Assembly: GCA_963708295.1 (NCBI GenBank)
Contig: CAVPSJ010000011.1
Location: 32,001 to 96,000 of the forward strand
Reading direction: 5' to 3'
Length of the DNA stretch: 64,000 nt
From: an uncultured delta proteobacterium
Lineage (GTDB): Bacteria; Desulfobacterota; BSN033; UBA1163
Below the pieces are notes generated by a model. It worked only from the letters and a program-made list of their open reading frames with translations, did not search any database and had not been told where the DNA came from. This document shows, one piece after another, positions 49,014 to 61,700 of this stretch. Both the position numbers and the translations under genes were made by a program. The number at the start of each line of letters is the position of its first letter. The first letter of the stretch is position 1.

Positions 49014-50066
49014 ATGCTATCTCGTCAAGGTTTGATCCAAATTGACGGATCCTATGGGGAAGGTGGAGGACAGATCTTAAGGACGGCTCTGGGCCTTTCG
49101 GCTTTGCTGGGAAAACCGCTCGTCCTCCGCCACATCAGATCCAATAGAAGGAATCCTGGTCTGCAGGCCCAGCATTTAGCAGCGGTAGAAGCATTGGCAC
49201 GGATCACGGAAGCTCAAGCGGAAGGAGTGAAATTGGGATCACAAGAAATTATCTTCATTCCCCGAACAATTCGTTCGGGAGAATACCAGTTCGAGGTAAA
49301 AACAGCAGGGTCTGTCACCCTTCTCCTCCAGGCGGTTCTACTTCCTCTTTGCTTCTCAAAGGGGATTTCTATGATAACCTTGGTCGGAGGTACTCATGTT
49401 GAGTGGAGTCCTTCGTTTCATTATCTTTCTGAGGTTTTCTTGCCCACCCTAGAAAGGCTCGGAGTTTCTGTTGCGGCCTTTATTGAGAAGTGGGGATTCT
49501 ATCCCAAAGGAGGCGGCAGGATCCGATTGAAGATCAACCCTGTCCAAGAATTAAAACCAATCTCGTTGATGGATCGGGGTTCACTAGAGATGATTCGAGG
49601 GATTTCCGCCATCTCGGGTCTTCCCAAACACGTGGCAAAAAGACAGAAAGAGCAAATTCTGAAGAGACTTCAAGGAGAGCTGCACATCGGCGGAGAGATG
49701 GCCATTTTGGAAAATGTTCCTTCGAACGGACCGGGGGCATTTGTGTTTTTGTTAGCCGAGTATCAAGGGGTTCTTGCGGGTTTTTCATCTTTAGGCGTTA
49801 GAGGAAAGCCATCTGAGAAAGTGGCTGATGAGGCCGTAGATTGCTTGAAAGATTATCTGGAATCGGATGGTTGTGTCGACCCCCACTTAGCGGACCAGCT
49901 TGCGCCTTTCATGGCTTTGGCAAATGGCCATTCTTCCATCACCACAACGCGAATCACAGAACATCTTGTCACCAATCTATGGGTCATACAACATTTCTTG
50001 GATGTCACCATTTCGAGAGAGGGAGAAGTAGGGGCGGAAGGGAGAATTGAATTTCTCAATGAATAG
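49014..50066 (+). CDS. rtcA: RNA 3'-terminal phosphate cyclase
   Basis: IDGSYGEGGGQILRT, PGLQAQH, GSVTLLLQ, GGTHV.WSP, GFYPKGGG, HLADQL, TEHLVTN. Confidence 0.96.
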   Translation: MLSRQGLIQIDGSYGEGGGQILRTALGLSALLGKPLVLRHIRSNRRNPGLQAQHLAAVEALARITEAQAEGVKLGSQEIIFIPRTIRSGEYQFEVKTAGSVTLLLQAVLLPLCFSKGISMITLVGGTHVEWSPSFHYLSEVFLPTLERLGVSVAAFIEKWGFYPKGGGRIRLKINPVQELKPISLMDRGSLEMIRGISAISGLPKHVAKRQKEQILKRLQGELHIGGEMAILENVPSNGPGAFVFLLAEYQGVLAGFSSLGVRGKPSEKVADEAVDCLKDYLESDGCVDPHLADQLAPFMALANGHSSITTTRITEHLVTNLWVIQHFLDVTISREGEVGAEGRIEFLNE

Positions 50067-50072
50067 AAAGAC

Positions 50073-50101
50073 TTGACTTCACTTTCTTGGCATATTAGAA
50101 T
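50073..50101 (+). promoter_or_regulatory. Putative sigma70 promoter of hflX
   Basis: TTGACT-N17-TAGAAT, followed by AGGAGG at 50111. Confidence 0.6.
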
Positions 50102-50121
50102 CAATACAATAGGAGGCATAA

Positions 50122-51843
50122 ATTAACAGAGTCCACGGTAATATCTTCGGTCTAAAACCGAACCAAATCAAGAGAATCGAGCATATCTATCGAAGGAAAA
50201 TCCCTCCTCAGAAGGTGGTGACGCCTGAAATCGTTCACCTTCTCACTGAACTCTCAAACGAAATTAGACGCCAAGTCGGTATCCTCGTGGGCCGCAGAGG
50301 GTCCATCGAATTTGTTATCGTGGGAGACCAGAAAGGGATTACAATCCCAGATCTATCGCGTTTCAGATCTGGGATCCTAAGGCTGAGAGGTCTTCGCCTC
50401 ATTCATACTCACCTGCAAGGAGAGCCGTTGACAGGAGAAGATTTGACAGATCTTACACTTCTCAGACTGGATATGATCGTCGCCCTTATCGCCGACGGGA
50501 AGGGTTCTCCGGGACGTATCCATTCCGCCCACCTACTCCCCGATAACCCGGCCAAAAAGGTTTGGGAAGTTGAGCCCCCGTCATCTATGGGAGATTTGGA
50601 CTTCGATTTTTTGAAATGGATCCAATCCCTCGAAGATGAATTTCAGAGGGGGCAAAGATCGGTTCCTCTCAAAGGTGCCAAAGAGAAGGCCATCCTCATC
50701 AGTGTCAGCAGGGAAAGCCGTGAGAAACTAGAATACTCCATGGAGGAGTTAAAAGAACTGGCAGAGTCCAGTCGGGTATGTGTCGTAGATTCGATTATCC
50801 AGCGGCCTCAAAATATTTCTCCAACCACCCTGGTTGGAGAGGGGAAGCTAAAAGAATTGTTGGTCAAATGTATGCAATTGGGGGTTGACTTAATTATCTT
50901 TGACCAAAACCTATCTCCAGGGCAGATGGCGACCATTTCTGATTTGACCGAACTGAGAGTCCTTGATCGTACGCAACTTATTTTAGACATTTTTGCACAG
51001 CGCGCGCATACTTTGGAAGGGAAGATTCAAGTTGAACTGGCCCAATTGAAATATCTCCTTCCTCGGCTGGCAAGGAAGACATTAGCCCTTTCCCGCTTAA
51101 CGGGAGGAATCGGAGGCCGCGGGCCTGGAGAAACGAAACTGGAGATCGATCGGCGTCGAGTCGGGAAACGAATCCATTTCCTGGAGACGGAAATAGAGAA
51201 ATTGAGAAGGAGAAGGGAGCAGAGAAGATCCAGAAGAGCGAGGGCGGGAATCCCTATTCTTTCGATCATTGGATATACCAATGCCGGAAAATCTACCCTT
51301 TTCAACCTTATTACCAAAAGTCAGTTTCTTGTCGAGGATAAACTTTTTTCCACTCTTGATACGGCAACGCGGAGGCTAAGATTTCCCAAGATTCAAGAAA
51401 TGGTGATCACAGATACCGTTGGGTTGATCAAAGATTTGCCGAAGGATCTGCTGGGAGCCTTTCGACCGACTCTTGATGAGTTGAGAGAATCAACTCTATT
51501 AATCCATCTGATTGACATCAGCTCCCCTCGTTTTCCAGAACATATCGAGTCTGTTGAAAAGATTTTGTTTGAGTTAAGATTGGATCATATCCCGAGATTG
51601 CGGGTTTTTAATAAAGAAGATAAGGCGAGTTTCGAAGAAAGAGAAGCGATTTGCCAGAAGTATGCTGGCATCTCTATTTCCGCCCTTCGGCCGGAGAGTC
51701 TTGAGAAATTTTTTTGTGAGATCGATAAGAAATTGTGGGAAGTCGGGCTGACACTAACCCGAGAGAATCAAGCGACAAGTGGGATGGATAACGTGAGGTT
51801 GACAAATAAGGATTCCTTTGATATATCAAATCAAATTGGATAA
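50122..51843 (+). CDS. hflX: GTPase HflX (long form), probable ATT start
   Basis: LILDIFAQRA, GGRGPGETKLE, GYTNAGKST, LFSTLD, DTVG, NKED; frame extends upstream to ATT at 50122, 5 nt after AGGAGG. Confidence 0.93.
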   Translation: MNRVHGNIFGLKPNQIKRIEHIYRRKIPPQKVVTPEIVHLLTELSNEIRRQVGILVGRRGSIEFVIVGDQKGITIPDLSRFRSGILRLRGLRLIHTHLQGEPLTGEDLTDLTLLRLDMIVALIADGKGSPGRIHSAHLLPDNPAKKVWEVEPPSSMGDLDFDFLKWIQSLEDEFQRGQRSVPLKGAKEKAILISVSRESREKLEYSMEELKELAESSRVCVVDSIIQRPQNISPTTLVGEGKLKELLVKCMQLGVDLIIFDQNLSPGQMATISDLTELRVLDRTQLILDIFAQRAHTLEGKIQVELAQLKYLLPRLARKTLALSRLTGGIGGRGPGETKLEIDRRRVGKRIHFLETEIEKLRRRREQRRSRRARAGIPILSIIGYTNAGKSTLFNLITKSQFLVEDKLFSTLDTATRRLRFPKIQEMVITDTVGLIKDLPKDLLGAFRPTLDELRESTLLIHLIDISSPRFPEHIESVEKILFELRLDHIPRLRVFNKEDKASFEEREAICQKYAGISISALRPESLEKFFCEIDKKLWEVGLTLTRENQATSGMDNVRLTNKDSFDISNQIG

Positions 51844-53331
<1,488 letters not shown>

Positions 53332-53358
53332 CCCGGCGCTCACGAGAATCATTGTCTG

Positions 53359-55273
53359 ATGAAAAAAGCCATTTTTATCTTAATCATACTAATCCTGTCC
53401 CTTCTCTACTACCTGGGTGTACTGACGAACAGGGAAACCCTCCCATTTTCTAAGGAATTTTTTTCTGTCGAGAGCCCAGCTTCCTCCGATCGTCCTTGGA
53501 ATCTCGAAAGGGGTACTTCTCTTAACCAGAAAGAATTGAATCAACTCTACCAAGTGAAATTGGATAAAGGGTTTCAAAACGTACCGGTCCTCTCTTTCTT
53601 ATTGATAAGAGCATCCGAACAAGCCAGGAAGAAGGGAGACAATGACCAAGCCATTCAAATGGCGCATTCCTCCATAAAATTCTCGCCCGACCTGGCTCAG
53701 CCCCATTATGAACTGGGTCGAGACCTCTGGAATCAAAACCCTTTCCAACTCCACAAAATCCTCTCTGAGGTGTTTAAGGGGATAGCCGTAGAGTTCCAAT
53801 ATTACCCCAATTCCGTTAGACTTTTCTTTAATACATTCTATATTCTCTCTAATGCCATCCTCATGACGTTTATTGTCTTTGGCATCGTTGTCATGATCAA
53901 ATATCTCCCTCTCTATACCTACGATATTCGTAAGAATATGACCCAGGAGATTTTCAGACTGGTGATCAACAGCCTCAAAGTTCTTATCCTCTTCATCCCT
54001 TTCTTCTTGCGCCTGGATATCCTTTGGTCTATTTTCTTCTGGTTAGTTTTATTGTGGGGTTACGTATCCAAAGGAGAGAAACAGTTCATTCTTATCTTTC
54101 TCATCGTCTTGGTTTACCTTCCATTTTTCGTCCGCGACTCTTTTTCATTTCTCGGCGGGGCATCTTCGGATATTATTTTAGAACTGAATCAAACAAATCA
54201 TGAAAACTGGGGAAAGGAAACGGAAGGGAAATTGCGGACCTGGTTGGCAACCCACCCCCATGATCCTGAAGTTCTTTTTTCCCTGGGCCTGGCAGAAAAG
54301 AGACAGGGCCGTTATTCGGAAGCGGGTGAATTTTATAAAAGGGCAATTGAACAAGACCCCAAATTCAGCGAGGCATTCTCTAATCTGGGTAATGTTTTTT
54401 TGGCCCAAAAACAAACCACGCTCGCCATCGCTTCTTATCAACAAGCCATCGGCATCCATCCAGATCGAGGAGCTTACTATTACAATCTCTGGCGAGCCTA
54501 CTCACAGGAATCGTACCTATCCGGGAAGATCGATCAAGCGCTGCAAAGAGCGCAACAGCTCGATCCAGAACTCACCAGCTACTACTCAGTCATCGATTCT
54601 CCTAACTTAAACCGGCTGGTGATAGACGAAACCCTGACTTCTCAAAGATTCTGGAAGAGGTCTCTTGACCAACTCGTCGGAAGGGAAGGATTCTTATTCC
54701 CCCTGTTTAAGGCTTGGTTCGAAAAAACTCCATCGCGGGTTCCCTTTTTGACTCCTGTCTTGTTTCTCGGGTTTCTCATAGCGATGGCGAGGTATTGTCG
54801 GGCGAAGCGCTTTTTGACCCGATGCCCCATGTGTGGCAGTCCGACGTATCGGCTCTATTTAGGGACTTCTGACCAGGAGTTTATCTGTTTCAATTGCTAT
54901 CGCATGTTCATTCAAAAAGAAAAACTTCACACGAAGATCGTAGAAAAGAAATCTTTCCAAATCCAACAGTTCCAGAGGCAGAATGATCTGATTAGTAGGC
55001 TTCTATCCTTTTTTGTTGTCGGGTTCGGCTACCTCTGGAGGGAGCAGATCCTCAAAGGGCTTCTTGTCCTGTTGATCTTTTTTATCTTTATTTTAAGGTT
55101 TATCTATTGGGGTGGAGCGATCCCTTCCTCGTCCCCGCGATTGTCATTAAGCGGTATGGAGATGGATCTTGTGGGGAGGGCTTTTCTTTATTTTCTATAT
55201 CGTTCTCGCCCGACAGATCTATCGCCTCAAAGCAAGGTTTAAATCAGAAAAGGATCGATCAGCAAACCGATAG
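53359..55273 (+). CDS. TPR-containing membrane protein with a CxxC...CxxC motif; +1 frameshift near 55149
   Basis: TPR motifs, TM helices, CPMCG..ICFNC; the last TM helix VWRWILWGGLFFIFYIVLA lies in the +1 frame, ending at TAG 55273. Confidence 0.75.
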
Positions 55274-55360
55274 AATATTTTTTTCTTTCATGAGAGTCTG
55301 CCGCGACCATTGCAGTAGTATTTTTGTCTTGTTCGGCAATGAGAACGAAAGAGGAAGACC

Positions 55361-56473
55361 ATGGCCCTCCAGGGAACGCTAAAAGACTTCAGCATTACTG
55401 AGATCATTCAACTTATCGGCCAGCAGCTCAAAACAGGCGTTTTAAGAATCCGTCGAGGGAAGGACCTCGTGGAGATTCATTTCGTCGATGGAATGATCGT
55501 CCATGTCTATTCGAACTATCGCGGGAAGAAAGACCTCATCGGTGAGATACTGGTGAAGGCCGAGTTAATCACCCAGGAGCAACTGGACCGCGTCTTAAAA
55601 ATTCAAAAAGAGTCCCTCAAGTACCTGGGTGAGATCCTCGTGGAACTTCAACTCCTGACGAAGGACGACGTGCTTAAGGTGATTTCAACTCAGATCTATG
55701 AGACCATTTATGAACTGTTTTGGTGGGATGACGGTCAGTTTAACTTTGATTTGAAATTGGTGGAGAGTTACAAGAAGATCCCCTTTGCCTTGAGCACGGA
55801 GCAGGTGCTACTGAACATCCTGCGTATGGTAGATGAGTGGTCCGAGATTGAAAAAAAGATTTATTCCCCCCACTTGGTATTTAAAAGGGCTCTCAAGGTT
55901 GAGGAGAAATCAGGCGATGGACTCCCTTCTCAAAGCTATTTGAAGGAGAAGCTGACCTCTGAACAGGAATTGATTTACAACCTGGTGGAGGGGACCCGGA
56001 CGGTTCAGGACATTATTGATCGGAGTCTTTTAGGAAAATTTAACGCGAGCGAAATTTTGGTCGACCTCTCCGGCATGGGTCTGATCGAAATGGGCGAGAT
56101 CCGAACTCCTGGGATCATCAAGAAAGTCAGGATGGTCAATTTCAGGAGGGTTTTAACGTTTACGTATTATGGCGTTTTTTTGCTTTTTATATTCCTCGTT
56201 CTTTTCTATTTTAGGCCCAGTTTCTTGCGTCACCTCTGGGATTCAAAGATCGATCGAGCGGATATAGACGTCCCCGTGCAGTTGGTCCATAAGACGCAAC
56301 TGGATCGAATCAAGAATGCACTGGAAATCTACTTCTTGGAGAAGGGACAATATCCTTCTCGTCTTGAAGAATTGATTGCAGCAAGACTTCTGCAAAAAAG
56401 CGACCTTTTTTATCGCAAAGGGGCATCCTATCAATATGAATTAAAGGACGGAAAATATTTGTTGAAGCATTGA
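55361..56473 (+). CDS. DUF4388 domain membrane protein with a C-terminal pilin/GspG-like segment
   Basis: [30 protein letters not shown] repeats, [10 protein letters not shown] helix, [20 protein letters not shown]. Confidence 0.85.
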   Translation: MALQGTLKDFSITEIIQLIGQQLKTGVLRIRRGKDLVEIHFVDGMIVHVYSNYRGKKDLIGEILVKAELITQEQLDRVLKIQKESLKYLGEILVELQLLTKDDVLKVISTQIYETIYELFWWDDGQFNFDLKLVESYKKIPFALSTEQVLLNILRMVDEWSEIEKKIYSPHLVFKRALKVEEKSGDGLPSQSYLKEKLTSEQELIYNLVEGTRTVQDIIDRSLLGKFNASEILVDLSGMGLIEMGEIRTPGIIKKVRMVNFRRVLTFTYYGVFLLFIFLVLFYFRPSFLRHLWDSKIDRADIDVPVQLVHKTQLDRIKNALEIYFLEKGQYPSRLEELIAARLLQKSDLFYRKGASYQYELKDGKYLLKH

Positions 56474-56534
56474 GAGCAGATTAGTCCTATTTATCCTCCT
56501 TTCCATCCTTTTCTCGACCTGGATACAAAGAAAA

Positions 56535-58094
56535 ATGAAGAAGCGAGTTCATTTCGACAATATTCTCATTCTCGATTTCGGTTCCCAGTATACTCAACTC
56601 ATTGCCAGAAGGGTTAGGGAATGTGGGGTTTATAGTGAAATTCACCCCTACAACACTCCTCCTGAAAAAATAGAATCCTTCTCTCCGAAGGGGATTATAC
56701 TATCGGGAGGACCGGCAAGCGTGTACGAGAAGAAAGCTCCCCTCTGCGATCCTTCTATTTTGAGGATGAATATCCCCATCTTGGGCATCTGCTACGGCAT
56801 GCAATTGATCGCCCAATTATTCGGGGGGGAAGTTGCCCGTTCGGACAAAAGGGAATATGGGAAAGCCAGACTCACTCTAAACCGGGAGGGAGGATTATTT
56901 CGGGGGCTGGGGACAAAAGGAAGCCGACTGGTCGTGTGGATGAGCCATGGGGACTCCGTCAAGGCATTGCCTCCGGGATTTCATGCCATCGCTCATTCGA
57001 GAAATACGCCCTATGCAGCGATTGAAGAACCCCAGCGAAGAATCTATGGACTCCAATTCCACCCCGAGGTGGTTCATACTCAAAGGGGGCTCGACCTCAT
57101 CAAGAATTTTCTTTTTGAGATATGCGATTGTTCCAACCTCTGGACAATGGAGTCTTTCCTGGAGCAAACCAGCCGTAGCCTTAGAAAGAAGATTGAAAGA
57201 GGCAAAGTCATCTGTGCCTTGAGTGGTGGGGTTGATTCCACCGTTGTGGCCCTTCTGCTCCATCAGGCCATCGGGGACCGTCTACAATGCATCTTTGTGA
57301 ACAACGGTCTTTTGAGAAAAAATGAGGCGGTTCAGGTAGTGAATTTATTTCGCTATCATTTTAAAATACCGTTGATCTCTGTCAATGCTGGAAGGGCCTT
57401 CCTGAAAAGGCTGGAAGGGGTAGTCGACCCAGAAGAGAAAAGAAAGAAGATCGGAAAACAATTTATTGCCACCTTTGAAAGAGAAGCCAGGAAGATTGGG
57501 GGTGTCGAATACCTCGCTCAGGGAACCCTTTATCCTGATGTGATCGAAAGCATCTCCGCAAAAGGCCCCTCGGCGACGATCAAGAGCCATCACAACGTCG
57601 GAGGATTACCCGAGAGGATGAAGTTAACGTTGGTGGAACCCCTTCGCGAGTTATTTAAAGACGAAGTGAGACAACTCGGCAAGGTATTAGGCCTGCCTGA
57701 TGAAATCATAAACCGCCAACCGTTCCCAGGGCCGGGCCTCGCGATCCGGATTATCGGGGAGGTGAATGAACAGAGGTTGGAAATGTTGAGAGATGCCGAT
57801 GAGATTGTCATGAGCGAGATGGAGAGAAGTCGGGTGATGAATCGGGTTTGGCAGTCGTTCGCAGTATTACTTCCCGTGAAGACGGTAGGTGTCATGGGAG
57901 ATGAAAGGACGTATGAGAATGTGGTTGCCCTGAGGGTGGTAGGAAGCCAGGATGGCATGACTGCAGATTGGATCAGACTGCCCTATAAAATCTTGGAACG
58001 CGTCTCCAATCGGATTATCAACGAAGTAAAAGGGGTCAACCGGGTGGTCTATGACATTAGCTCCAAACCTCCCAGCACCATCGAATGGGAATAA
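56535..58094 (+). CDS. guaA: GMP synthase (glutamine-hydrolysing)
   Basis: [51 protein letters not shown]. Confidence 0.98.
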   Translation: MKKRVHFDNILILDFGSQYTQLIARRVRECGVYSEIHPYNTPPEKIESFSPKGIILSGGPASVYEKKAPLCDPSILRMNIPILGICYGMQLIAQLFGGEVARSDKREYGKARLTLNREGGLFRGLGTKGSRLVVWMSHGDSVKALPPGFHAIAHSRNTPYAAIEEPQRRIYGLQFHPEVVHTQRGLDLIKNFLFEICDCSNLWTMESFLEQTSRSLRKKIERGKVICALSGGVDSTVVALLLHQAIGDRLQCIFVNNGLLRKNEAVQVVNLFRYHFKIPLISVNAGRAFLKRLEGVVDPEEKRKKIGKQFIATFEREARKIGGVEYLAQGTLYPDVIESISAKGPSATIKSHHNVGGLPERMKLTLVEPLRELFKDEVRQLGKVLGLPDEIINRQPFPGPGLAIRIIGEVNEQRLEMLRDADEIVMSEMERSRVMNRVWQSFAVLLPVKTVGVMGDERTYENVVALRVVGSQDGMTADWIRLPYKILERVSNRIINEVKGVNRVVYDISSKPPSTIEWE

Positions 58095-58104
58095 AGGGGG
58101 AGGA

Positions 58105-58232
58105 AATCCACACATTTCAACATCTCCCGCTAAAGCGGGATCAAAGGAATGTCAATATTCAAAGTTAAGACTCTAACTCTTGAGGTTTTGATCTGATTTG
58201 ATATTTGTCATTTGAGTTTTGACATTGGGATT
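58105..58232. repeat. Palindromic tgtcaa/ttgaca-type repeat element with a tcccgctaaagcggga hairpin
   Basis: aatgtcaatattcaaa ... tttgatatttgtcatttgagttttgacattgggatt; the hairpin matches tcccgccaaagcggga at 32182. Confidence 0.5.
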
Positions 58233-58238
58233 CTTGCT

Positions 58239-61200
58239 ATGGAACATTCTGATTTTGTCCACCTCCATGTTCACAGTCAGTATAGTTTATTGGACGGAGC
58301 CATTCGCTTTGAAGAGGCCTTCAATTTAGCTAAGAAATATCGGATGAACGCCCTCGCACTTACCGATCACGGAAATATGTTCGGGGCAGCCGAATTTTAT
58401 CAGCTGGCGATCAAGCACGGCATTAAGCCCATCGTAGGATGTGAGATGTATGTTTCTTCCGGAAGTCGACTTGAGAAAAAAACTGGAGGTGGAGAAGGAA
58501 ACTATCATCTCACTCTTTTGGTCAAAAATGAGACGGGTTATTACAATCTTCTGAAATTGGTCAGTCTTGCCCATCTTGAAGGGTTTTATTATAAGCCGAG
58601 GATCGATAAAGCGCTCCTCAGTCAGTATAACGAGGGGCTGATTGCGCTGAGCGGATGCCTGAAGGGAGAGGTTGCTTCCCATGCCAGTCGGGGAGAGATG
58701 AAGAAAGCTCTTCAATCGGCAGAAGATTATGGAAAGATTTTTGCCGACCGTCGGTTCTTTATCGAGATTCAGAAGAATGGAGTCGAAAAACAGTCGCAGG
58801 TGAATGAGCGTCTCCTGGAAATCGGCCATCAACTGTCTCTTCCGGCGGTCGCCACAAACGACTGTCATTACCTACACCGAAAGGATGCCAAGGCCCACGA
58901 GGTCCTTCTCTGCATTCAGACAGGGAAGACGCTCCAGGATAACGATCGAATGAGATTTCCCTCCGATGAGTTCTATTTCAAATCACCTGAGGAAATGGCT
59001 GGTCTTTTTCGGAACGTTCCTGGAGCAATCGCCCATACGGGTGAGATCGCAGAACAATGCAATCTTGAAATGCGTTTCGATGAGAAACATATTCCAAGAA
59101 TCGCTGTCCCGACCGGAGATACGGCTGAAAGTTACCTGGAAAAGCTGGCCAGGGAAGGGTTGGAGCGTCGCCTTTCCCGCTACCAGGGCGAGGGGGATTT
59201 CAAAGATCGCTTGGCGCGTTATAGGGCTCGCCTCGAGGAAGAGCTCAAGATCATCAAGTCGATGGGCTATCCGGGTTACTTTCTTATCGTTTATGATTTT
59301 ATCCACTATGCCAAAAGCCATCAGATTCCCGTGGGCCCTGGAAGGGGATCGGCAGCTGGAAGTTTGGTGGCTTACGCCTTGAACATCACCGACTTGGATC
59401 CGATAGAATATGATTTGATCTTTGAACGCTTCTTGAATCCTGGTCGGAAAAACAGCATGCCCGATGTGGATGTGGATTTTTGCATGGAAGGAAGAGACGA
59501 AGTTATCCGATACGTGTCGGAGAAGTATGGGAAAGAGAATGTGGCCCAGATCATCACCTTCGGAAAAATGCAGGCGAAAGCAGTTGTTCGGGATGTGGGC
59601 CGCGTTCTTGGGATTCCCTACGCAGAAGTTGATCGAATTGCAAAACTCATTCCGAACAAGATCGATATTACCCTTGCCCTCGCGTTGCAGCAAGAAGCAG
59701 GGCTTAGAGAGGCGATTGCGAAAGATACTCGAATCGCTTCCCTCTTCGAAATTGCGGAGTCCTTAGAGGGTCTGGCCCGTCATGCCTCCACTCACGCCGC
59801 GGGGGTCGTGATCGCGAATAAACCATTAATGGAATATCTTCCACTCCAGCGAGGCCAGAACAGCGAGGTCGTCACCCAATATGCGATGAAACAGGTAGAG
59901 GCCATCGGGTTGGTTAAATTCGATTTTTTGGGGCTGAAAACCCTGACCGTTGTGGACCAGACGATTCATCAGATTGAAAAAAACCGGGGGATCAAGGTTG
60001 AGCTCGTCGAGATTCCATTGGATGATTCAGAAGTTTATGCCGTTCTTGGAGCCGGGTCGAATCTAGGGATCTTCCAGCTGGAAAGCTCAGGGATGCGAGA
60101 TCTGCTGATTAAGCTCAAGCCACAGAGTTTTAAAGATATTATCGCCCTGGTAGCGCTTTATCGGCCAGGCCCTCTGGATAGCGGAATGGTGGGCGAATTT
60201 ATAAAACGGAAACATGGTCAAGAGTCGATACGCTATGAACTACCGGCCTTGGAAGAGATCCTGAGGGAGACCTACGGCGTTATTGTCTATCAGGAGCAAG
60301 TGATGCGCATTGCCAGTGCCTTGGCACATTTTAGCCTCGAAGATGCGGATAACCTTCGAAGAGCGATGGCCAAAAAAGACGCCCTTGAGATGGAGAGGCA
60401 GAAAGAGAAGTTCCTCGAAGGAACCAAAAAGAATAGGATCCCCTCCAAGAAGGCGGAGAAGATTTTTGAGCAGATGGAGACTTTCGGTCGGTATGGGTTT
60501 AACAAATCCCATAGCACGGCCTATGCTCTTCTCGCTTACCAGACCGCCTATCTGAAAACTCATTATCCGATCGAATTTATGGCGGCGCTGCTTACGAGTG
60601 AAGCACAGAATGCGGATAAGATTGTCAGATATATTTCTGAATGTCGTGAGATGAGAATTGAGATTTTGCCCCCTGATGTCAATGAGAGCTTTAAACATTT
60701 TGCAGTGATTGGAAATCAGATTCGATTTGGTTTGACGGCGGTGAAGAATGTCGGGGATGCGGCCATTGACATCATTTTGGCGGAGCGAGAGGGCAATGGC
60801 AAGTTTCAATCCCTGTACGATTTCTGTCAACGCGTCGACCTGAGAAAAGTCAACCGACGCGTGATTGAAAGTCTGATTAAATGCGGAGCTTTTGATTTTT
60901 CGAAAGCTCATCGATCGCAAATGCTGACGGTCATGGGAGAACTCCTTGAGCAGTCCCAGCGGACCCAGAAGAAGAAGGGCGAACCTCAGCTGAGCATGCT
61001 CGTCGATCACTCGAGGGCCTTCGAGGAAGATTACCCGGACATTGATGAATTTCCAGAGAATCAACTGGTCGCTTTTGAGAAGGAAACAATCGGATTCTAT
61101 CTTTCCCGACATCCCCTATCACACTATGAGGACGAAATTAGAAAGCATACGGATCTGGACACTTCTACTCTTCCAAAACTTCAAAATGGAGCCGAGGTCA

Positions 61201-61688
61201 AGATCTGCGGGCTCATCAACGGGTTGAAAGAGATCGTTACCAAGAAAGGGGATCGGATGGGATTCTTAACCCTGGAGGACATGAAGGGATTTGTGGAGGT
61301 GATTCTTTTCCCCGAGGTCTTTAAGGCGGCTTTGCCCTGCTTGCGAAGTGGAGAACCTCTTCTCGTCAGGGGAATCCTTGATCTATCCGAAGACCACGTT
61401 AAGATAAGGGGGATAGGCGTTCATTCTCTTCCGGAGTTGCCCTCATTGCCTAACAAGCCCCTCCATGTGAAAATACCCATCTCTTCATTAGCTGCCTCTC
61501 AACTCACGGATTTGAGAGACATTATTGTCGCAAACCGGGGACCCTCCAGAGTCCTTCTTCACTTTGTGGGCGGAAACCACCGGGAAGTCGTTGTCGCCCT
61601 GTCCGATCAATATACGGTCGACCCATCCCAGGATTTTAGGAACCATGTTCAGAATGTTTTTAAGTCTGCACTCATTTCCTTAGAATAA
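58239..61688 (+). CDS. dnaE: DNA polymerase III alpha subunit
   Basis: PHP domain HLHVHSQYSLLDG, GPGRGSAAGS, MPDVDVDF, KFDFLGL, YGFNKSH. Confidence 0.98.
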   Translation: MEHSDFVHLHVHSQYSLLDGAIRFEEAFNLAKKYRMNALALTDHGNMFGAAEFYQLAIKHGIKPIVGCEMYVSSGSRLEKKTGGGEGNYHLTLLVKNETGYYNLLKLVSLAHLEGFYYKPRIDKALLSQYNEGLIALSGCLKGEVASHASRGEMKKALQSAEDYGKIFADRRFFIEIQKNGVEKQSQVNERLLEIGHQLSLPAVATNDCHYLHRKDAKAHEVLLCIQTGKTLQDNDRMRFPSDEFYFKSPEEMAGLFRNVPGAIAHTGEIAEQCNLEMRFDEKHIPRIAVPTGDTAESYLEKLAREGLERRLSRYQGEGDFKDRLARYRARLEEELKIIKSMGYPGYFLIVYDFIHYAKSHQIPVGPGRGSAAGSLVAYALNITDLDPIEYDLIFERFLNPGRKNSMPDVDVDFCMEGRDEVIRYVSEKYGKENVAQIITFGKMQAKAVVRDVGRVLGIPYAEVDRIAKLIPNKIDITLALALQQEAGLREAIAKDTRIASLFEIAESLEGLARHASTHAAGVVIANKPLMEYLPLQRGQNSEVVTQYAMKQVEAIGLVKFDFLGLKTLTVVDQTIHQIEKNRGIKVELVEIPLDDSEVYAVLGAGSNLGIFQLESSGMRDLLIKLKPQSFKDIIALVALYRPGPLDSGMVGEFIKRKHGQESIRYELPALEEILRETYGVIVYQEQVMRIASALAHFSLEDADNLRRAMAKKDALEMERQKEKFLEGTKKNRIPSKKAEKIFEQMETFGRYGFNKSHSTAYALLAYQTAYLKTHYPIEFMAALLTSEAQNADKIVRYISECREMRIEILPPDVNESFKHFAVIGNQIRFGLTAVKNVGDAAIDIILAEREGNGKFQSLYDFCQRVDLRKVNRRVIESLIKCGAFDFSKAHRSQMLTVMGELLEQSQRTQKKKGEPQLSMLVDHSRAFEEDYPDIDEFPENQLVAFEKETIGFYLSRHPLSHYEDEIRKHTDLDTSTLPKLQNGAEVKICGLINGLKEIVTKKGDRMGFLTLEDMKGFVEVILFPEVFKAALPCLRSGEPLLVRGILDLSEDHVKIRGIGVHSLPELPSLPNKPLHVKIPISSLAASQLTDLRDIIVANRGPSRVLLHFVGGNHREVVVALSDQYTVDPSQDFRNHVQNVFKSALISLE

Positions 61689-61700
61689 GCGGGGAGCCAG

